Of a DNA stretch of 32,000 bases, positions 1 through 9,420 are shown piece after piece. This stretch comes from Archaeoglobus fulgidus DSM 4304. GTDB lineage: Archaea > Halobacteriota > Archaeoglobi > Archaeoglobales > Archaeoglobaceae. Location of the stretch: assembly GCF_000008665.1 (NCBI RefSeq), contig NC_000917.1, forward strand, positions 1,860,001 through 1,892,000, in the 5' to 3' direction. Position 1 is the first letter of the stretch; each line of letters starts with the position of its first letter. Position numbers and translations under genes: made by a program. Under the pieces are notes generated by a model. It worked only from the letters and a program-made list of their open reading frames with translations. It had not been told where the DNA came from and ran no database searches.

Positions 1-337
1 CCATTTCAGGGTTGGCAATCCCACCCCTATCGTTTATCAGCAGATTGTTTCCGAAGCAGGTCATTGGAGTCTCAATCACCAGCACATCAAGACTCTTCTC
101 AAGCTCCCTGAGCTCACTGGAGAGGACCTGATCACTAACCACTGCCCCCCTGCTGTTCAAAGCCATCATCGCCCCAACAAGCTCGGAACCGGCTATTTTT
201 GTAACGATAACATCAACATCAAGCTTCTCCTGAATGGCGTCAATCAGAGGCTCGTGGTTTACCCCCACTACTGCATACTCCTCAGACACCTTGGCGTAGA
301 GTCCAATCAGCGGATTGCCGTTAACAGCAACTTTCAT
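1..337 (-). CDS. eif6: Translation initiation factor 6 (aIF6), C-terminus cut by window edge
   Basis: Manual reverse translation from ATG at 335-337 gives MKVAVNGNPLIGLYAKVSEEYAVVGVNHEPLIDAIQEKLDVDVIVTKIAGSELVGAMMALNSRGAVVSDQV..., an aIF6 pattern; the start abuts the L31e stop. Confidence 0.9.
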   Translation of the reverse strand, partial: MKVAVNGNPLIGLYAKVSEEYAVVGVNHEPLIDAIQEKLDVDVIVTKIAGSELVGAMMALNSRGAVVSDQVLSSELRELEKSLDVLVIETPMTCFGNNLLINDRGGIANPEM

Positions 338-604
338 TCACGCGAGCTCAACTTCCACTATTCCGTCGTCGAACTTCACAGCCCTTACTCTTATCTTTGT
401 TGGTGGTTTTTCCGCTCCTCTCTCCCAGATTTTCTCGTTAACAGCGGTGTCAATTTTCACGTTCTCTGGCTCTACCTTCATGTGCCTGCTGAGGAACTTC
501 CTGACGTACTTTGCAGCTTTCTTCGCCCTAAGCCATCTCGGATACCTCTTCATCTTGTGCCTGAGCCTTATTGAATAAACCCTCTCAACGACAACCTTGG
601 CCAT
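338..604 (-). CDS. rpl31e: Large ribosomal subunit protein L31e (ORF track extends to a GTG at 613)
   Basis: [44 protein letters not shown] matches the L31e family; archaeal L39e-L31e-aIF6 order. Confidence 0.93.
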   Translation of the reverse strand: MAKVVVERVYSIRLRHKMKRYPRWLRAKKAAKYVRKFLSRHMKVEPENVKIDTAVNEKIWERGAEKPPTKIRVRAVKFDDGIVEVELA

Positions 605-614
605 TGCCCTCACC

Positions 615-767
615 TCACACCTTCAGCTTGCTCCTCCTCCAGTGCCTCCTCTTGGGGCTTCCGAAGACGCTCCTCTTGGTCTTCACAGTAATCCAGACGG
701 GAGCTCTTCTGTTTTGCTTGTAGGCCTTCGCCAGCCTCTTCTTAACGCCAACCGTCTTCTTACCCAT
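615..767 (-). CDS. rpl39e: Large ribosomal subunit protein L39e (50 aa, absent from supplied ORF track)
   Basis: Reverse complement encodes [50 protein letters not shown], the typical L39e sequence and size. Confidence 0.95.
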   Translation of the reverse strand: MGKKTVGVKKRLAKAYKQNRRAPVWITVKTKRSVFGSPKRRHWRRSKLKV

Positions 768-771
768 AATA

Positions 772-1107
772 TCACTTCCTTATGATTCTCGTTTCCCTCT
801 TCTTGGGCTGAACTCTCTTCAAAATTTCAACGAGCATTTTATCAGTTATCTTGCTCTGAATTCTTCCAGCCTGAGCCAGATAAATAAGCTGGTTCTCAAC
901 TGCCTCAGCAATTTCAGGATGAGCGAGCTTTAAGCGTGAAAGTCTCTCCTTAGCTTCGGGCTCAAGAATTGCCCTCAAAATTGCCTTCTTCTGTGCCTCA
1001 ACCTGTCTCCTCATCTCCTCCTTCTGCAGCTCCTCAAGCTCCTTCTGCCTCTGCAACTCCATCAGCTTCCTGCGCCTTATTTCCTCCAGATCATCCATAA
1101 AAACCAC
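772..1107 (-). CDS. DNA-binding protein, PDCD5/TFAR19 family
   Basis: [86 protein letters not shown] is a PDCD5-family signature; sits beside S19e as in many archaea. Confidence 0.92.
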   Translation of the reverse strand: MVFMDDLEEIRRRKLMELQRQKELEELQKEEMRRQVEAQKKAILRAILEPEAKERLSRLKLAHPEIAEAVENQLIYLAQAGRIQSKITDKMLVEILKRVQPKKRETRIIRK

Positions 1108-1109
1108 CC

Positions 1110-1553
1110 TCAGTACTTTTCGAGGGCAGGTATCTCGGAAACGAGTTCAGATTTTAGCTCTGTTGCAACTTTGTCGAGGAAAGACCTCCCCATCGGAGTT
1201 ACAACTCTGCCCTCCCTTGTTTTCTTCACAAAACCAAGCTGCTCAAGCTGATGGAGCGCGTTTCTCACTATAGCCCCGCTTCCCTTTCTGAACTTCGGAG
1301 GCTTTGAACCCCTCCTCTTTCTCCCACCGTAGAAGGTTCTGAGCCTCTCGATGCCCACAGGACCGTCAATGTAAACTCTTCTGAAAATTGATGCGAGCCT
1401 CAAATACCACCAGTCATCCTGCTCTGGACTCCTCTCCTTGTGAACTCCCGTTTTAACATACTTTGCCCACTCTGGAGGGGCAACCATGTCCTTCAGCCTT
1501 TCGGCAACCCTCTTGATCAGCAAATCCGCCGGAACATCATACACTGTCGCCAT
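1110..1553 (-). CDS. rps19e: Small ribosomal subunit protein S19e
   Basis: [22 protein letters not shown]...[52 protein letters not shown] is diagnostic for S19e. Confidence 0.96.
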   Translation of the reverse strand: MATVYDVPADLLIKRVAERLKDMVAPPEWAKYVKTGVHKERSPEQDDWWYLRLASIFRRVYIDGPVGIERLRTFYGGRKRRGSKPPKFRKGSGAIVRNALHQLEQLGFVKKTREGRVVTPMGRSFLDKVATELKSELVSEIPALEKY

Positions 1554-1557
1554 ATCT

Positions 1558-1788
1558 TCACCTCTCGAAGGTTAGCACGAACCCTCTGAAATCAACGAGC
1601 CTGCCCTTAACCTTTGAAGCTATTTCCCGGGCAAGCTCCTTTTTATCCTTACCCGATGACTCTCTGAAGTTGCGGAGCATTCTAACCTTAACTGCCCCGC
1701 GCTTCTCAAGCAGGAAATTTATCTCGTTTATTAAGCTTTCCGTCACACCGTTTTTTCCAACATTTATCGTTACCACGTCCTTCACCAT
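1558..1788 (-). CDS. YhbY/CRM-domain RNA-binding protein
   Basis: Small basic ORF; [39 protein letters not shown] matches the YhbY/CRM fold pattern. Confidence 0.8.
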   Translation of the reverse strand: MVKDVVTINVGKNGVTESLINEINFLLEKRGAVKVRMLRNFRESSGKDKKELAREIASKVKGRLVDFRGFVLTFER

Positions 1789-1848
1789 GCTCCTCTCACC
1801 GATGCCTGCCCTACCATTTCCTTTTGGTGGGGCTGTGTAAAAAATTTT

Positions 1849-2847
1849 TCATGGGAAGAGTGGTGGAGTTCTGAGTCCAAGGGTTTCGTCGAACCCCATC
1901 ATCAGGTTCATGTTCTGAACCGCCTGCCCCGAAGCCCCCTTCACGAGGTTGTCGATTGCGGAAACAACTACAACCCTGTCTTCTCCGGGATGGATGGAGA
2001 TGTCGCAGAAGTTGCTCCCCCTCACCTGACTGAGGGAGACACTCTCCTGAATTCTGACAAAGAAGCTGTCTTCGTAGAATTCCTCGTAGATTCTGTAAAG
2101 CTCCTCCCTTGTAAGCTCTCCCCTCAGAAAGACGTGGGCGTTGGTCAAAATACCCCTTGAGCCGGGATAGACTTGGGGGGTGAAGGAGATTTTGATGTCG
2201 CTCTGAAACCTGCCCAATTCCTGAACCATCTCGTAGTAGTGGCGGTGCTCTGTGATTTTGTAGGGCACTATTGACTCGTGCAGGTTGGGGTAGTGCGTGA
2301 AGGCGGAGGGAGACTCTCCAGCTCCCGTTATCCCGCTCTTACAGTCAAAAACAACCCTCTCAATCAGCTCAAGCTTTGCGAGGGGTGATGCTGCGAGGAT
2401 TGTGCCAGTGGGGTAGCAGCCGGGATTTGCCACAAGATTTGCCTTTTTGATTTCCTCTCTATGCAGCTCCGTCAAACCATACACCGCTTCTACATAACCC
2501 TCATGCTTTTTTCCATAGACTCTTTCGTAGGTCTCCTTATCCAGCCTGTAGTCTGCGGAGATGTCCACAACCTTTATCCCGCTGTCAAGAAGCTGGGGGA
2601 CGTACTTCATCGCCTCTCCGTGAGGGACGGCTGTAAAAACCAAATCGCAATCACCGAAATTGCTCAGCTCAGGGCTGCAGAACTCAAGGTCGTAAAATCC
2701 CTTCAGAAAGCGATGAACCTTCCATATCTTCTGCCCCTCATACCTTCTGGATGATGCTGCTATCACCTCCGCCTCGGGGTGGTTAGCGAGAATCCTGAGG
2801 AGTTCGGAGCCCGTGTATCCGCTCGCTCCAATTATTCCAACCTTCAT
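1849..2847 (-). CDS. argC: N-acetyl-gamma-glutamyl-phosphate / LysW-aminoadipate-type reductase
   Basis: MKVGIIGASGYTGSELLRILANHPEAEV N-terminus and VANPGCYPTGTILA active-site Cys motif; start set at internal Met 2847. Confidence 0.95.
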   Translation of the reverse strand: MKVGIIGASGYTGSELLRILANHPEAEVIAASSRRYEGQKIWKVHRFLKGFYDLEFCSPELSNFGDCDLVFTAVPHGEAMKYVPQLLDSGIKVVDISADYRLDKETYERVYGKKHEGYVEAVYGLTELHREEIKKANLVANPGCYPTGTILAASPLAKLELIERVVFDCKSGITGAGESPSAFTHYPNLHESIVPYKITEHRHYYEMVQELGRFQSDIKISFTPQVYPGSRGILTNAHVFLRGELTREELYRIYEEFYEDSFFVRIQESVSLSQVRGSNFCDISIHPGEDRVVVVSAIDNLVKGASGQAVQNMNLMMGFDETLGLRTPPLFP

Positions 2848-2886
2848 GAGGAAAAGGTTAAGAGGCAAAATAAAGAGTTTTCTGAG

Positions 2887-3144
2887 ATGGCGAAAGTTGA
2901 GGATGCTGTGAGGGAAGCTAAGGATGGAGTTCTCATTTCAGTGCACGTTTCTCCGGGTTCAAAGGAGGTTTCTTTCAGCTATGATGAGTGGAGAAGGGCG
3001 GTGGAGGTGAGGATAAAAAGCCCCGCCAAGGAGGGGAAAGCGAACAGGGAGCTGCTTGGCATATTCAGACAGATATTCGGTGAGGTTGAGCTCGTAAGCG
3101 GTGAAAAGTCGAGGAGCAAAGTTCTGAAAGGTAAAAGGGAGTAA
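2887..3144 (+). CDS. DUF167 (YggU-like) family protein
   Basis: GVLISVHVSPGSKEVSFSYDEWRRAVEVRIKSPAKEGKANRELLGIFRQIFG matches DUF167; start chosen at MAKVEDAVREAK. Confidence 0.88.
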   Translation: MAKVEDAVREAKDGVLISVHVSPGSKEVSFSYDEWRRAVEVRIKSPAKEGKANRELLGIFRQIFGEVELVSGEKSRSKVLKGKRE

Positions 3145-3203
3145 GGAGGAAGCTGTTGAGAAGCTAAGAGGATTGATTGAAGGCAGATAAGGAAAAAAGA
3201 AAA

Positions 3204-4109
3204 TCAGGAGTACTTCTCAATCAGGTCCTTAAGGTAAATCTTGTGCTGGCCGAGCTTTCCTTCGTAGTTGCCTGCAGAGATTCTCACAACGCCGTCGATT
3301 TTGCTGACAACATCCATGCAGACGAACATTGCCTTCTCAACCACCTCTCTTTTAATGCCATTGATGACGATTTCTGGAATCGATTTAACGCCATCAGGAA
3401 CCTTTGAATCGGGGATTTTGCCTTTAAGTGTGGGACAGAAGTAGTGGTTCGTGCTTGGACCCATCTCCGGATACTTCGTTTCCGGCTTGCTTCCAGCGGA
3501 ACAGATGTCGAAGGACGTTATCACACCATCCAGCTGCTTTAGCGCCTCAACCGCGGCCTCTCCCGCCTCTAAAGCGGCCTCCTCGCTCTCGCAGAAGTAC
3601 CAGATGTTTCCACCAGCGATGCCCTCAGCGTAACCAATATAGCGCTCGATTATGAACTCTCCGAACATTATGGGGACTCTGATAACCTTCCTTCCCCACA
3701 TCTCGTCCTCCCACTCGTAGCCGTCACCGCACCTCCCAACGTTTATTTCAGCATCAAACTTCGTTTCGCTTTCGGTAGCATTGAAAACCCTCGTAGTGGG
3801 GACGACGAGAATTCCCTGCCTTATCCTCTTCCCCATCTCCCTCATCAAAACGTCAAGGAACTTCTTGGACTTCTGAACCCAAATCTGGCAGATGGCTCCA
3901 AGCCTGCCATCGGGAGTCTCCTGAGGTGAGAGCCATTTTTCAACACCACCCTCAGCTTCACCAAAAACGGTTGAGGGCAAGGCTGTTGCGGAGTATGCGG
4001 CCTTCTTAAGCAGCCACTTGTGCTTTGCCGTTACGATAATTCTCGAATATATCCCATCAAAAGCCTCGCAGTATGTATCATCAACCGGCACACCGTTCAG
4101 TTCGAGCAT
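3204..4109 (-). CDS. ftr: Formylmethanofuran:tetrahydromethanopterin formyltransferase
   Basis: MLELNGVPVDDTYCEAFDGIYSRIIVTAKHKWLLKKAA...ETPDGRLGAICQIW...PEMGPSTNHYFCPTLKG matches Ftr. Start at 4109 is supported by a TATA box about 25 bp upstream; an in-frame alternative lies at 4124. Confidence 0.93.
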   Translation of the reverse strand: MLELNGVPVDDTYCEAFDGIYSRIIVTAKHKWLLKKAAYSATALPSTVFGEAEGGVEKWLSPQETPDGRLGAICQIWVQKSKKFLDVLMREMGKRIRQGILVVPTTRVFNATESETKFDAEINVGRCGDGYEWEDEMWGRKVIRVPIMFGEFIIERYIGYAEGIAGGNIWYFCESEEAALEAGEAAVEALKQLDGVITSFDICSAGSKPETKYPEMGPSTNHYFCPTLKGKIPDSKVPDGVKSIPEIVINGIKREVVEKAMFVCMDVVSKIDGVVRISAGNYEGKLGQHKIYLKDLIEKYS

Positions 4110-4127
4110 GTTATAAGTTTTCATGAT

Positions 4128-4140
4128 ACTATAAAAATTC
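4128..4140 (-). promoter_or_regulatory. Putative TATA element for ftr
   Basis: Minus strand GAATTTTTATAGT centred about 25 nt upstream of ATG 4109, the spacing of a leaderless archaeal transcript. Confidence 0.55.
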
Positions 4141-4158
4141 TGCGACTGTGCTTGAAAG

Positions 4159-4791
4159 CTACAACCCGGATTTAAATCGTCTGACAAGCTCAACCAGCTC
4201 TCTTGCAGCCCTCTCAGGGTCATCCGCCGCAGCTATGGCTGATATTACAGCAATCCCGGCCACACCGGTTTTCAGAACTTCGATGGCATTCTGTTTATTT
4301 ATTGAGCCGATGGCCACAACTGGGACACTCACGCTCTCAACTATTCTCCTCAACCCTTCAATACCGATTGCCTCCCCCGCATCTTCCTTCGTTTTTGTTG
4401 GAAACACAGGCCCGACTCCGAGGTAATCAGCGAACCTCTCATCCTTCTTCGCCTCCTCAACGTTGCCGGCTGAAACGCCAATGTAGCCGGGAAAGATTTC
4501 CCTTGCCGCAAAAGCAGGCATGTCATCCTGCCCGATGTGGACTCCGTCCGCATCAACGGCCAGGGCAACATCTATCCTGTCGTTTACGAAGAAAAGAGCG
4601 TCGTAATCTCTTGTAAGCGCCCTGAGCCTCTTTCCTATTTCGTACATCCTTTTCGTGCTGAGCTTCTTCTCCCTGAACTGGATTGCTCTCACTCCAGCCC
4701 TCAAAGCCATTTCGGCAAGCTCCTCGTGCGTTCGGCCGAATTCGGAATCCGTTATGAAGTAAACGCTCAAATAATCCTCAAGCCTGCTCAT
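4159..4791 (-). CDS. thiE: Thiamine-phosphate synthase
   Basis: IQFREKKLSTKRMYEIGKRLRALTRDYDALFFVNDRIDVALAVDADGVHIGQDDMP is the ThiE signature; overlaps thiM by one base. Confidence 0.94.
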   Translation of the reverse strand: MSRLEDYLSVYFITDSEFGRTHEELAEMALRAGVRAIQFREKKLSTKRMYEIGKRLRALTRDYDALFFVNDRIDVALAVDADGVHIGQDDMPAFAAREIFPGYIGVSAGNVEEAKKDERFADYLGVGPVFPTKTKEDAGEAIGIEGLRRIVESVSVPVVAIGSINKQNAIEVLKTGVAGIAVISAIAAADDPERAARELVELVRRFKSGL

Positions 4792-5597
4792 CAGACCACC
4801 CTCTCAAGGTTCAGCCTTTCAATAACCTTCTCCGCGGTTATTTTTGAAATTTCATCTATAAGGTTTGAGCGAAAGCTTGCCGTTCCGGAGCTTTTCTCAG
4901 CCGCAAGCTCTCCGGCAACGTTGTAGCATGCCAGCCCCTCAAGTGAGGCGAGGAGAAAATCCTTCTGAACAGCCATGAAGCTGGCTATAACGCTACCGAG
5001 CATGCAGCCGCTCGCCGTAATCCTGCCGAGCATCTCCGTGCCGTTTCTCATTACGTAAACGCTTCTACCGTCGCTAATCAAATCCTCCTTTCCGGTTGCC
5101 ACAACCACCAAGCCGAACTTCCTGGCAACCTCCTTAACATCTGCAGCTTCGGCCGTAACTTTTGAATCAACACCCCTAACAACCCCCTCCTTTCTCAGAA
5201 GGCTAAGAATCTCCCCTTGGTTGCCCTTAATAACATCAACACCCTCCTCCGCAACCGACAAGGCTGTGGATGTTCTCAGCTTTGTTGCTCCAGACCCAAC
5301 TGGGTCGAGCAGAACCGGCACCCCTTTGCTTTTTGCCGATTTGACTGCCAGCATTACCGCCTGGATTATGTACTCGTCAAGGGTTCCGATATTTATCAGG
5401 AGAGAAGATGCAATCGAAACAAGCTCATCGATTTCCCCGTGAGCGAAGCTCATTATCGGTGATGCGCCGATAGCTATGGTTATGTTGGCAGAATCGTTCA
5501 TCGCCACGTAGTTCGTGATGTGGTGCACTACAGGCTTAAATTCCGCGATACGCGCAATGTCTCTTTCCAGCTCTTCTTTCAGCCTCTGGAGGTGCAT
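4791..5597 (-). CDS. thiM: Hydroxyethylthiazole kinase
   Basis: PVVHHITNYVAMNDSANITIAIGASPIMSFAHGE...GVPVLLDPVGSGATKLRT...VIKGNQGEI is the ThiM signature. Confidence 0.95.
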   Translation of the reverse strand: MHLQRLKEELERDIARIAEFKPVVHHITNYVAMNDSANITIAIGASPIMSFAHGEIDELVSIASSLLINIGTLDEYIIQAVMLAVKSAKSKGVPVLLDPVGSGATKLRTSTALSVAEEGVDVIKGNQGEILSLLRKEGVVRGVDSKVTAEAADVKEVARKFGLVVVATGKEDLISDGRSVYVMRNGTEMLGRITASGCMLGSVIASFMAVQKDFLLASLEGLACYNVAGELAAEKSSGTASFRSNLIDEISKITAEKVIERLNLERVV

Positions 5598-5658
5598 GAT
5601 TGAAGTTGCGTCAAGGATTAAGAACTTTTGCTCACTGATTGTGCAAAAAAATTGAAAA

Positions 5659-6570
5659 CTAAATTTCTCTGTACTCGTAAACCACTCCTTCTGCTGCTAT
5701 TGAGTAAACTGCCTTTCCGTCAATCTCTGTCTTCACAACGGGACTGTCTGACATTGCAAAGACCTTTTTGAGGTCTTCCTCGCTTTCCAGTATGATTTTT
5801 GCACCCTCTCTCCTGCCATTAATGACGTGGGGATTTCTCCTTTCTCTCTTGAAAGCATCTCTGTTCAGAATCGCTACCGGCACTGCAGCGAAAACCGCCA
5901 TCGCCGCATAAACTATTCTGGCGCTGTTTACACTCAATCCACCAAAGCTGTTCTCTGTGACTTCTTTCGTGCTGTAAACCGTTCTTATACTCTTAGAATC
6001 ATCTGAAAAGCTGTAAAGGTCGCTCCCTTCCTTCAGCGTGATTGTGTGGTTGAAGCTCTCGTTTTCGGCTTTAGCTGTGAAGGCTATCTCCGTAATCCTC
6101 GTTAGTCTCGGCAGCGCTGTGCCATCTTTCACCGCAGCAAGTCTTTCGCCCATCTGGGTGAAGTTAAACGCAATCGGAATGCTCAAACTACCAGCGAACT
6201 CACCCTGCTCGTCCTTTAGCGTGTCCTCCCAAATCTGAACCTTGTCTCTCCCATCCTGAACGAAGTAGGTGGTTCTGACAGTCATTCGATACTCTCCAGC
6301 CCTTTCAGGGCTTATGGAGTAGAGATACTCGCCCTCTATGCTCCCTGTAATTCCGGCAGGGTAGTAGTCGAGCGATGCCTTACTGCCGTAAATTGATTCA
6401 TTCGAAAGCATTGCATGATGCTTAAACTCTCCCTTCTGCTCCACCACCTCATTAATAACACTTCTCACACTCTCAGCCGGAGTTGAGAAGGCGTAAAGGG
6501 CCATGACAGCCAGCAATGCTGCCGCAACAGACAGCACAACTGTCGTCAATTTTTTATATTTAGATTCCAT
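5659..6570 (-). CDS. DUF5305-like membrane-anchored protein linked to the signal peptidase cluster
   Basis: N-terminal TM (VVLSVAAALLAVMALYAF), extracytoplasmic domain, second TM (SARIVYAAMAVFAAVPVAIL), cytoplasmic tail; last gene of the array. Family name from memory. Confidence 0.65.
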   Translation of the reverse strand: MESKYKKLTTVVLSVAAALLAVMALYAFSTPAESVRSVINEVVEQKGEFKHHAMLSNESIYGSKASLDYYPAGITGSIEGEYLYSISPERAGEYRMTVRTTYFVQDGRDKVQIWEDTLKDEQGEFAGSLSIPIAFNFTQMGERLAAVKDGTALPRLTRITEIAFTAKAENESFNHTITLKEGSDLYSFSDDSKSIRTVYSTKEVTENSFGGLSVNSARIVYAAMAVFAAVPVAILNRDAFKRERRNPHVINGRREGAKIILESEEDLKKVFAMSDSPVVKTEIDGKAVYSIAAEGVVYEYREI

Positions 6571-6576
6571 ATAAAA

Positions 6577-7389
6577 TCACCTCACTGCTTTAACGATGAT
6601 GGGGTTGCTCACAATTCCAAGCCCCTTGATTTCCGCACCATCGTTGAGATTGTAACTTCCCGGACTTGTGAACTCCTGTTTTCCCGCAGGATTGTGCTTT
6701 GTTGCGATTGTTACATCCATGAACTCTGTTCCCTCAACATAGACATCCCAGACTATCTTGGTTGTACAGCTCCTCCCCGCTCCGGGGTGGTGGGTTGCGA
6801 AACTGCCATCTGAAGCTGCTATGCTCAGAACCTCAAACTCTGCAGGAATCGTGTCAAGGATGGTGTAATTGTCACCAGCATCGCTCTCGACGAGAATTCT
6901 GAACTTCCATACCTCTCTCGTGAAGAGCGGGACAGTTGTGTTACCGCTGAGTAACACTTTGCTCATCCTGACAGCTGGGTCAACAACTTTAACGCTGCAT
7001 GCAGGGATTTTGGCTGAACCGTTATCCCAGAAAGCCTCGATGTCAATCGGTATCGTGTACTCTCCCTGACTTCCTCTGAATTCAGCCTCAACGAGCTTTT
7101 CCTCACCTGCATACAGAAAAGTCGGGTTGCTGAATGTCAGGATGTCATTTGGTGTGGAGAAGTACAGCTCAACATCCTCCCCAAGGTTGTTTTTCACGCT
7201 AATCACACCTGTGCTATCGCCATTGGCAAGGTAGAGAGTCATTTCGGGGCATTCAAAGCCTATGTAGGAGCTGTTGTTATCAGCTATGTTGACAGCAACT
7301 CCCCTCGCCCCGTAATACTCTCTGAAATTACCACTCGAACCCAGAACGAGCACGAGCGTGGCGGCAAGGATTATTAACAACTTTTTCAT
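6577..7389 (-). CDS. Secreted protein of the DUF1102/TasA-like group (divergent, with CARDB/NEAT-like beta-rich body)
   Basis: Signal peptide MKKLLIILAATLVLVLGSSG followed by NFREYYGARGVAVNIADNNSSYIGFEC, parallel to the N-termini of the DUF1102 paralogues upstream. Confidence 0.6.
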   Translation of the reverse strand: MKKLLIILAATLVLVLGSSGNFREYYGARGVAVNIADNNSSYIGFECPEMTLYLANGDSTGVISVKNNLGEDVELYFSTPNDILTFSNPTFLYAGEEKLVEAEFRGSQGEYTIPIDIEAFWDNGSAKIPACSVKVVDPAVRMSKVLLSGNTTVPLFTREVWKFRILVESDAGDNYTILDTIPAEFEVLSIAASDGSFATHHPGAGRSCTTKIVWDVYVEGTEFMDVTIATKHNPAGKQEFTSPGSYNLNDGAEIKGLGIVSNPIIVKAVR

Positions 7390-8423
7390 AATTTCAACCT
7401 CCTTCTTTTACTCAATCTTATAACCTCCTCCTCTCCAGCCCTCGTGGCGTAGTATATCACGCCCAGAACCGCTGCTAGCTCCACCGCAAAGGCAGCGAGC
7501 GGCAGGAAAGGATTCAAACCGTACATTCTGATTATCAAATCTGATGGTAAAATGAGCGGATAAGCGTGAACCTTTACCTCCTCATAATAAATTCTTGTTT
7601 CTGACGGAACTCTAACGTGAACGCTTAACTCTGCCCTGTCCCCTCCTGAAAGTATTTTGCTCTCATCCTTCAGCTCCACTCTCTCACTTTCTGAGCTGAA
7701 AAGGTAAAGGAGTGGAAAAAGGGCGTTGTTCTTTATCTCAATCTGCCTGTCAAACTCCGATTCGGGAAGATACCACCCCTCTTTCTGCCCACCTGCCAGC
7801 GTTGATGCATAGTTGAACCCAACAACCCCCCAAGTGGCGATAACCGAAAGAAGGAGCATTGCAATTGATATTGTTGAGACTGCAACGTAGGCAGTTTTGT
7901 ATCTCAGCCTGTAAACCTTTCTCTCCTTCTTCCTCCTCTCTTCTTTTCCCGTCAAAAGCATAGCTCCACCTACTATCATGAAAACTGCAAGCAGAATGTT
8001 CATTGTTGTGCCCGAAAGTCTCTGAATGTAGTTTCCCACCTCAGGGATTTTTATGGGATTTCCAAGCAAAACCAAAACTACTCCCGCAACGCTCTCCCTT
8101 TTGACAACACTATTAGACCCCTGCTGGTCTGTGGCGATGTTGTGGTCTCCTTTGGTTATGTATCCCCCATCCGTCTCCGCCACAACTCTGTGGACCGTCC
8201 AGTGGCCGTTGAGGTTGAACACGATTATGTCGTCCGGCTTCGCCTCTGCCAGCGGATTTATGAGGAAAAGGTCTCCTCTGTTCAGCGTTGGAGTCATGCT
8301 GTCTGATGTAACGTAGGAAAGCAGAACCGGCCTGTTAAGCAAAAATCCTGCCGTTGATGCAAGCAGAAATACTGCAAGAATAAGCATGAGAAGGTCAGAC
8401 AGCTTCATCGCACTCACCTTCAA
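7386..8423 (-). CDS. Archaeal/ER-type signal peptidase I with C-terminal extracytoplasmic extension
   Basis: SYVTSDSMTPTLNRGDLFLI (catalytic Ser), HWTVHRVV (His in place of bacterial Lys), TKGDHN (Asp region). About 170 aa follow beyond the peptidase domain, including TMs and an extracytoplasmic segment. Confidence 0.88.
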   Translation of the reverse strand: MKVSAMKLSDLLMLILAVFLLASTAGFLLNRPVLLSYVTSDSMTPTLNRGDLFLINPLAEAKPDDIIVFNLNGHWTVHRVVAETDGGYITKGDHNIATDQQGSNSVVKRESVAGVVLVLLGNPIKIPEVGNYIQRLSGTTMNILLAVFMIVGGAMLLTGKEERRKKERKVYRLRYKTAYVAVSTISIAMLLLSVIATWGVVGFNYASTLAGGQKEGWYLPESEFDRQIEIKNNALFPLLYLFSSESERVELKDESKILSGGDRAELSVHVRVPSETRIYYEEVKVHAYPLILPSDLIIRMYGLNPFLPLAAFAVELAAVLGVIYYATRAGEEEVIRLSKRRRLKL

Positions 8424-8853
8424 ACGTCTTAATGCTGTAACTTTCCTCCATCAGCCCGAGCTCGGTTGAGCTGAACTCAACGCCCACTGAAATGCTTTCG
8501 TTAACTGCCAGGGAGAAGCTGATGGTTTGCAAAGCCTCACCGCTGGTGTAAAACCTAATCAAGTCACTCTGCGAGTGAAGGACAACACAAACAGGAAAGC
8601 CGTTGCCGTTCTCTATTCTCAGCAAATCGTCAAATCTGTAAGTAGAGCCGGGGCTTAATCCCTTGCCGTATCCCGGATAATTCGGGTTGTTTTCGGTGAT
8701 GTCTATTGTAAGATTTTCCTCATTGCTGCCGTATGGTGAGGGAGAGTAAAGCAAAACTCCGTTTATGGTCTCCGCAGCTATAGCAGAGATAGCCGGAGCT
8801 CTCCATCCGAGAGCTATGAGAAGTAGTGTTATCGCAATTACGAGCTTTTTCAT
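8395..8853 (-). CDS. Secreted DUF1102-like paralogue
   Basis: Signal peptide plus shared motif ENNPNYPGYGKGLSPGSTYRFDDLLRIEN. Confidence 0.72.
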   Translation of the reverse strand: MKKLVIAITLLLIALGWRAPAISAIAAETINGVLLYSPSPYGSNEENLTIDITENNPNYPGYGKGLSPGSTYRFDDLLRIENGNGFPVCVVLHSQSDLIRFYTSGEALQTISFSLAVNESISVGVEFSSTELGLMEESYSIKTFEGECDEAV

Positions 8854-8886
8854 TTACTTTCCTCATAAAAAATTAAATTTGAGAGC

Positions 8887-9420
8887 TTACTCGCAAGCTC
8901 CCGCATCTGCACTTACACTCATCTGCGCTTCATTGCTTCCCAGATCCTTGTTCGTGTTGTCGAATATGAATCCAACTGGAACCGGCTGGTTGTGGTAGAC
9001 GGTGAAGTGTATCTGTGTTCCCGGACCGCTTATCGGGCTATCATAGTCTCCAGCAAAGAACGAGATGCCATCTCCCTGGTTAAGCGATATGTGGACGCAA
9101 ATCGGGAAGTCCGCATCTTCGTTCTCCCAGAGCTCGTTGCTCACGTTGAACATCTCCTCAAACACGTAGGTCGTGTTGACGCTCATTCCATCGCCATAAC
9201 CCGGATAATTGGGGTTGTTTGGCGATATCTCAATGGTCAGCTTTCCGTTGTTTAGGTAGGCGTAGGGCTGAATTGGAGTTAGATCAATAAACTCGTTGTC
9301 ATCTGATGTTATATTAACCGTCACGCTCCTCTCTGCCTCGTAATACCTGAAGTTTGCTCCCGCTCCTATTGTTAGGGTTAAGCCAACAATAAGAAGCAGA
9401 AGTCCCGCTAACTTTTTCAT
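8887..9420 (-). CDS. Secreted DUF1102-family paralogue
   Basis: MKKLAGLLLLIVGLTLTIGAGANFRYYEAERSVTVNITSD...PIQPYAYLNNGKLTIEISPNNPNYPGYGDGMS. Confidence 0.82.
   Translation of the reverse strand: MKKLAGLLLLIVGLTLTIGAGANFRYYEAERSVTVNITSDDNEFIDLTPIQPYAYLNNGKLTIEISPNNPNYPGYGDGMSVNTTYVFEEMFNVSNELWENEDADFPICVHISLNQGDGISFFAGDYDSPISGPGTQIHFTVYHNQPVPVGFIFDNTNKDLGSNEAQMSVSADAGACE

Noticed and set aside
254-578. Plus-strand ORFs opposite eIF6/L31e
   Set aside because: Antisense to strongly supported conserved genes; low-complexity and Cys/Phe/Leu-rich translations.
597-785. Plus-strand 62-aa ORF
   Set aside because: Antisense to L39e, which is clearly encoded on the minus strand.
5217-5462. Overlapping plus-strand ORFs within thiM
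   Set aside because: Shadow ORFs antisense to a high-confidence gene.
5598-5658. Possible TPP riboswitch upstream of thiM
   Set aside because: The 61-bp gap is too short and lacks a recognisable THI-box sequence such as CUGAGA.
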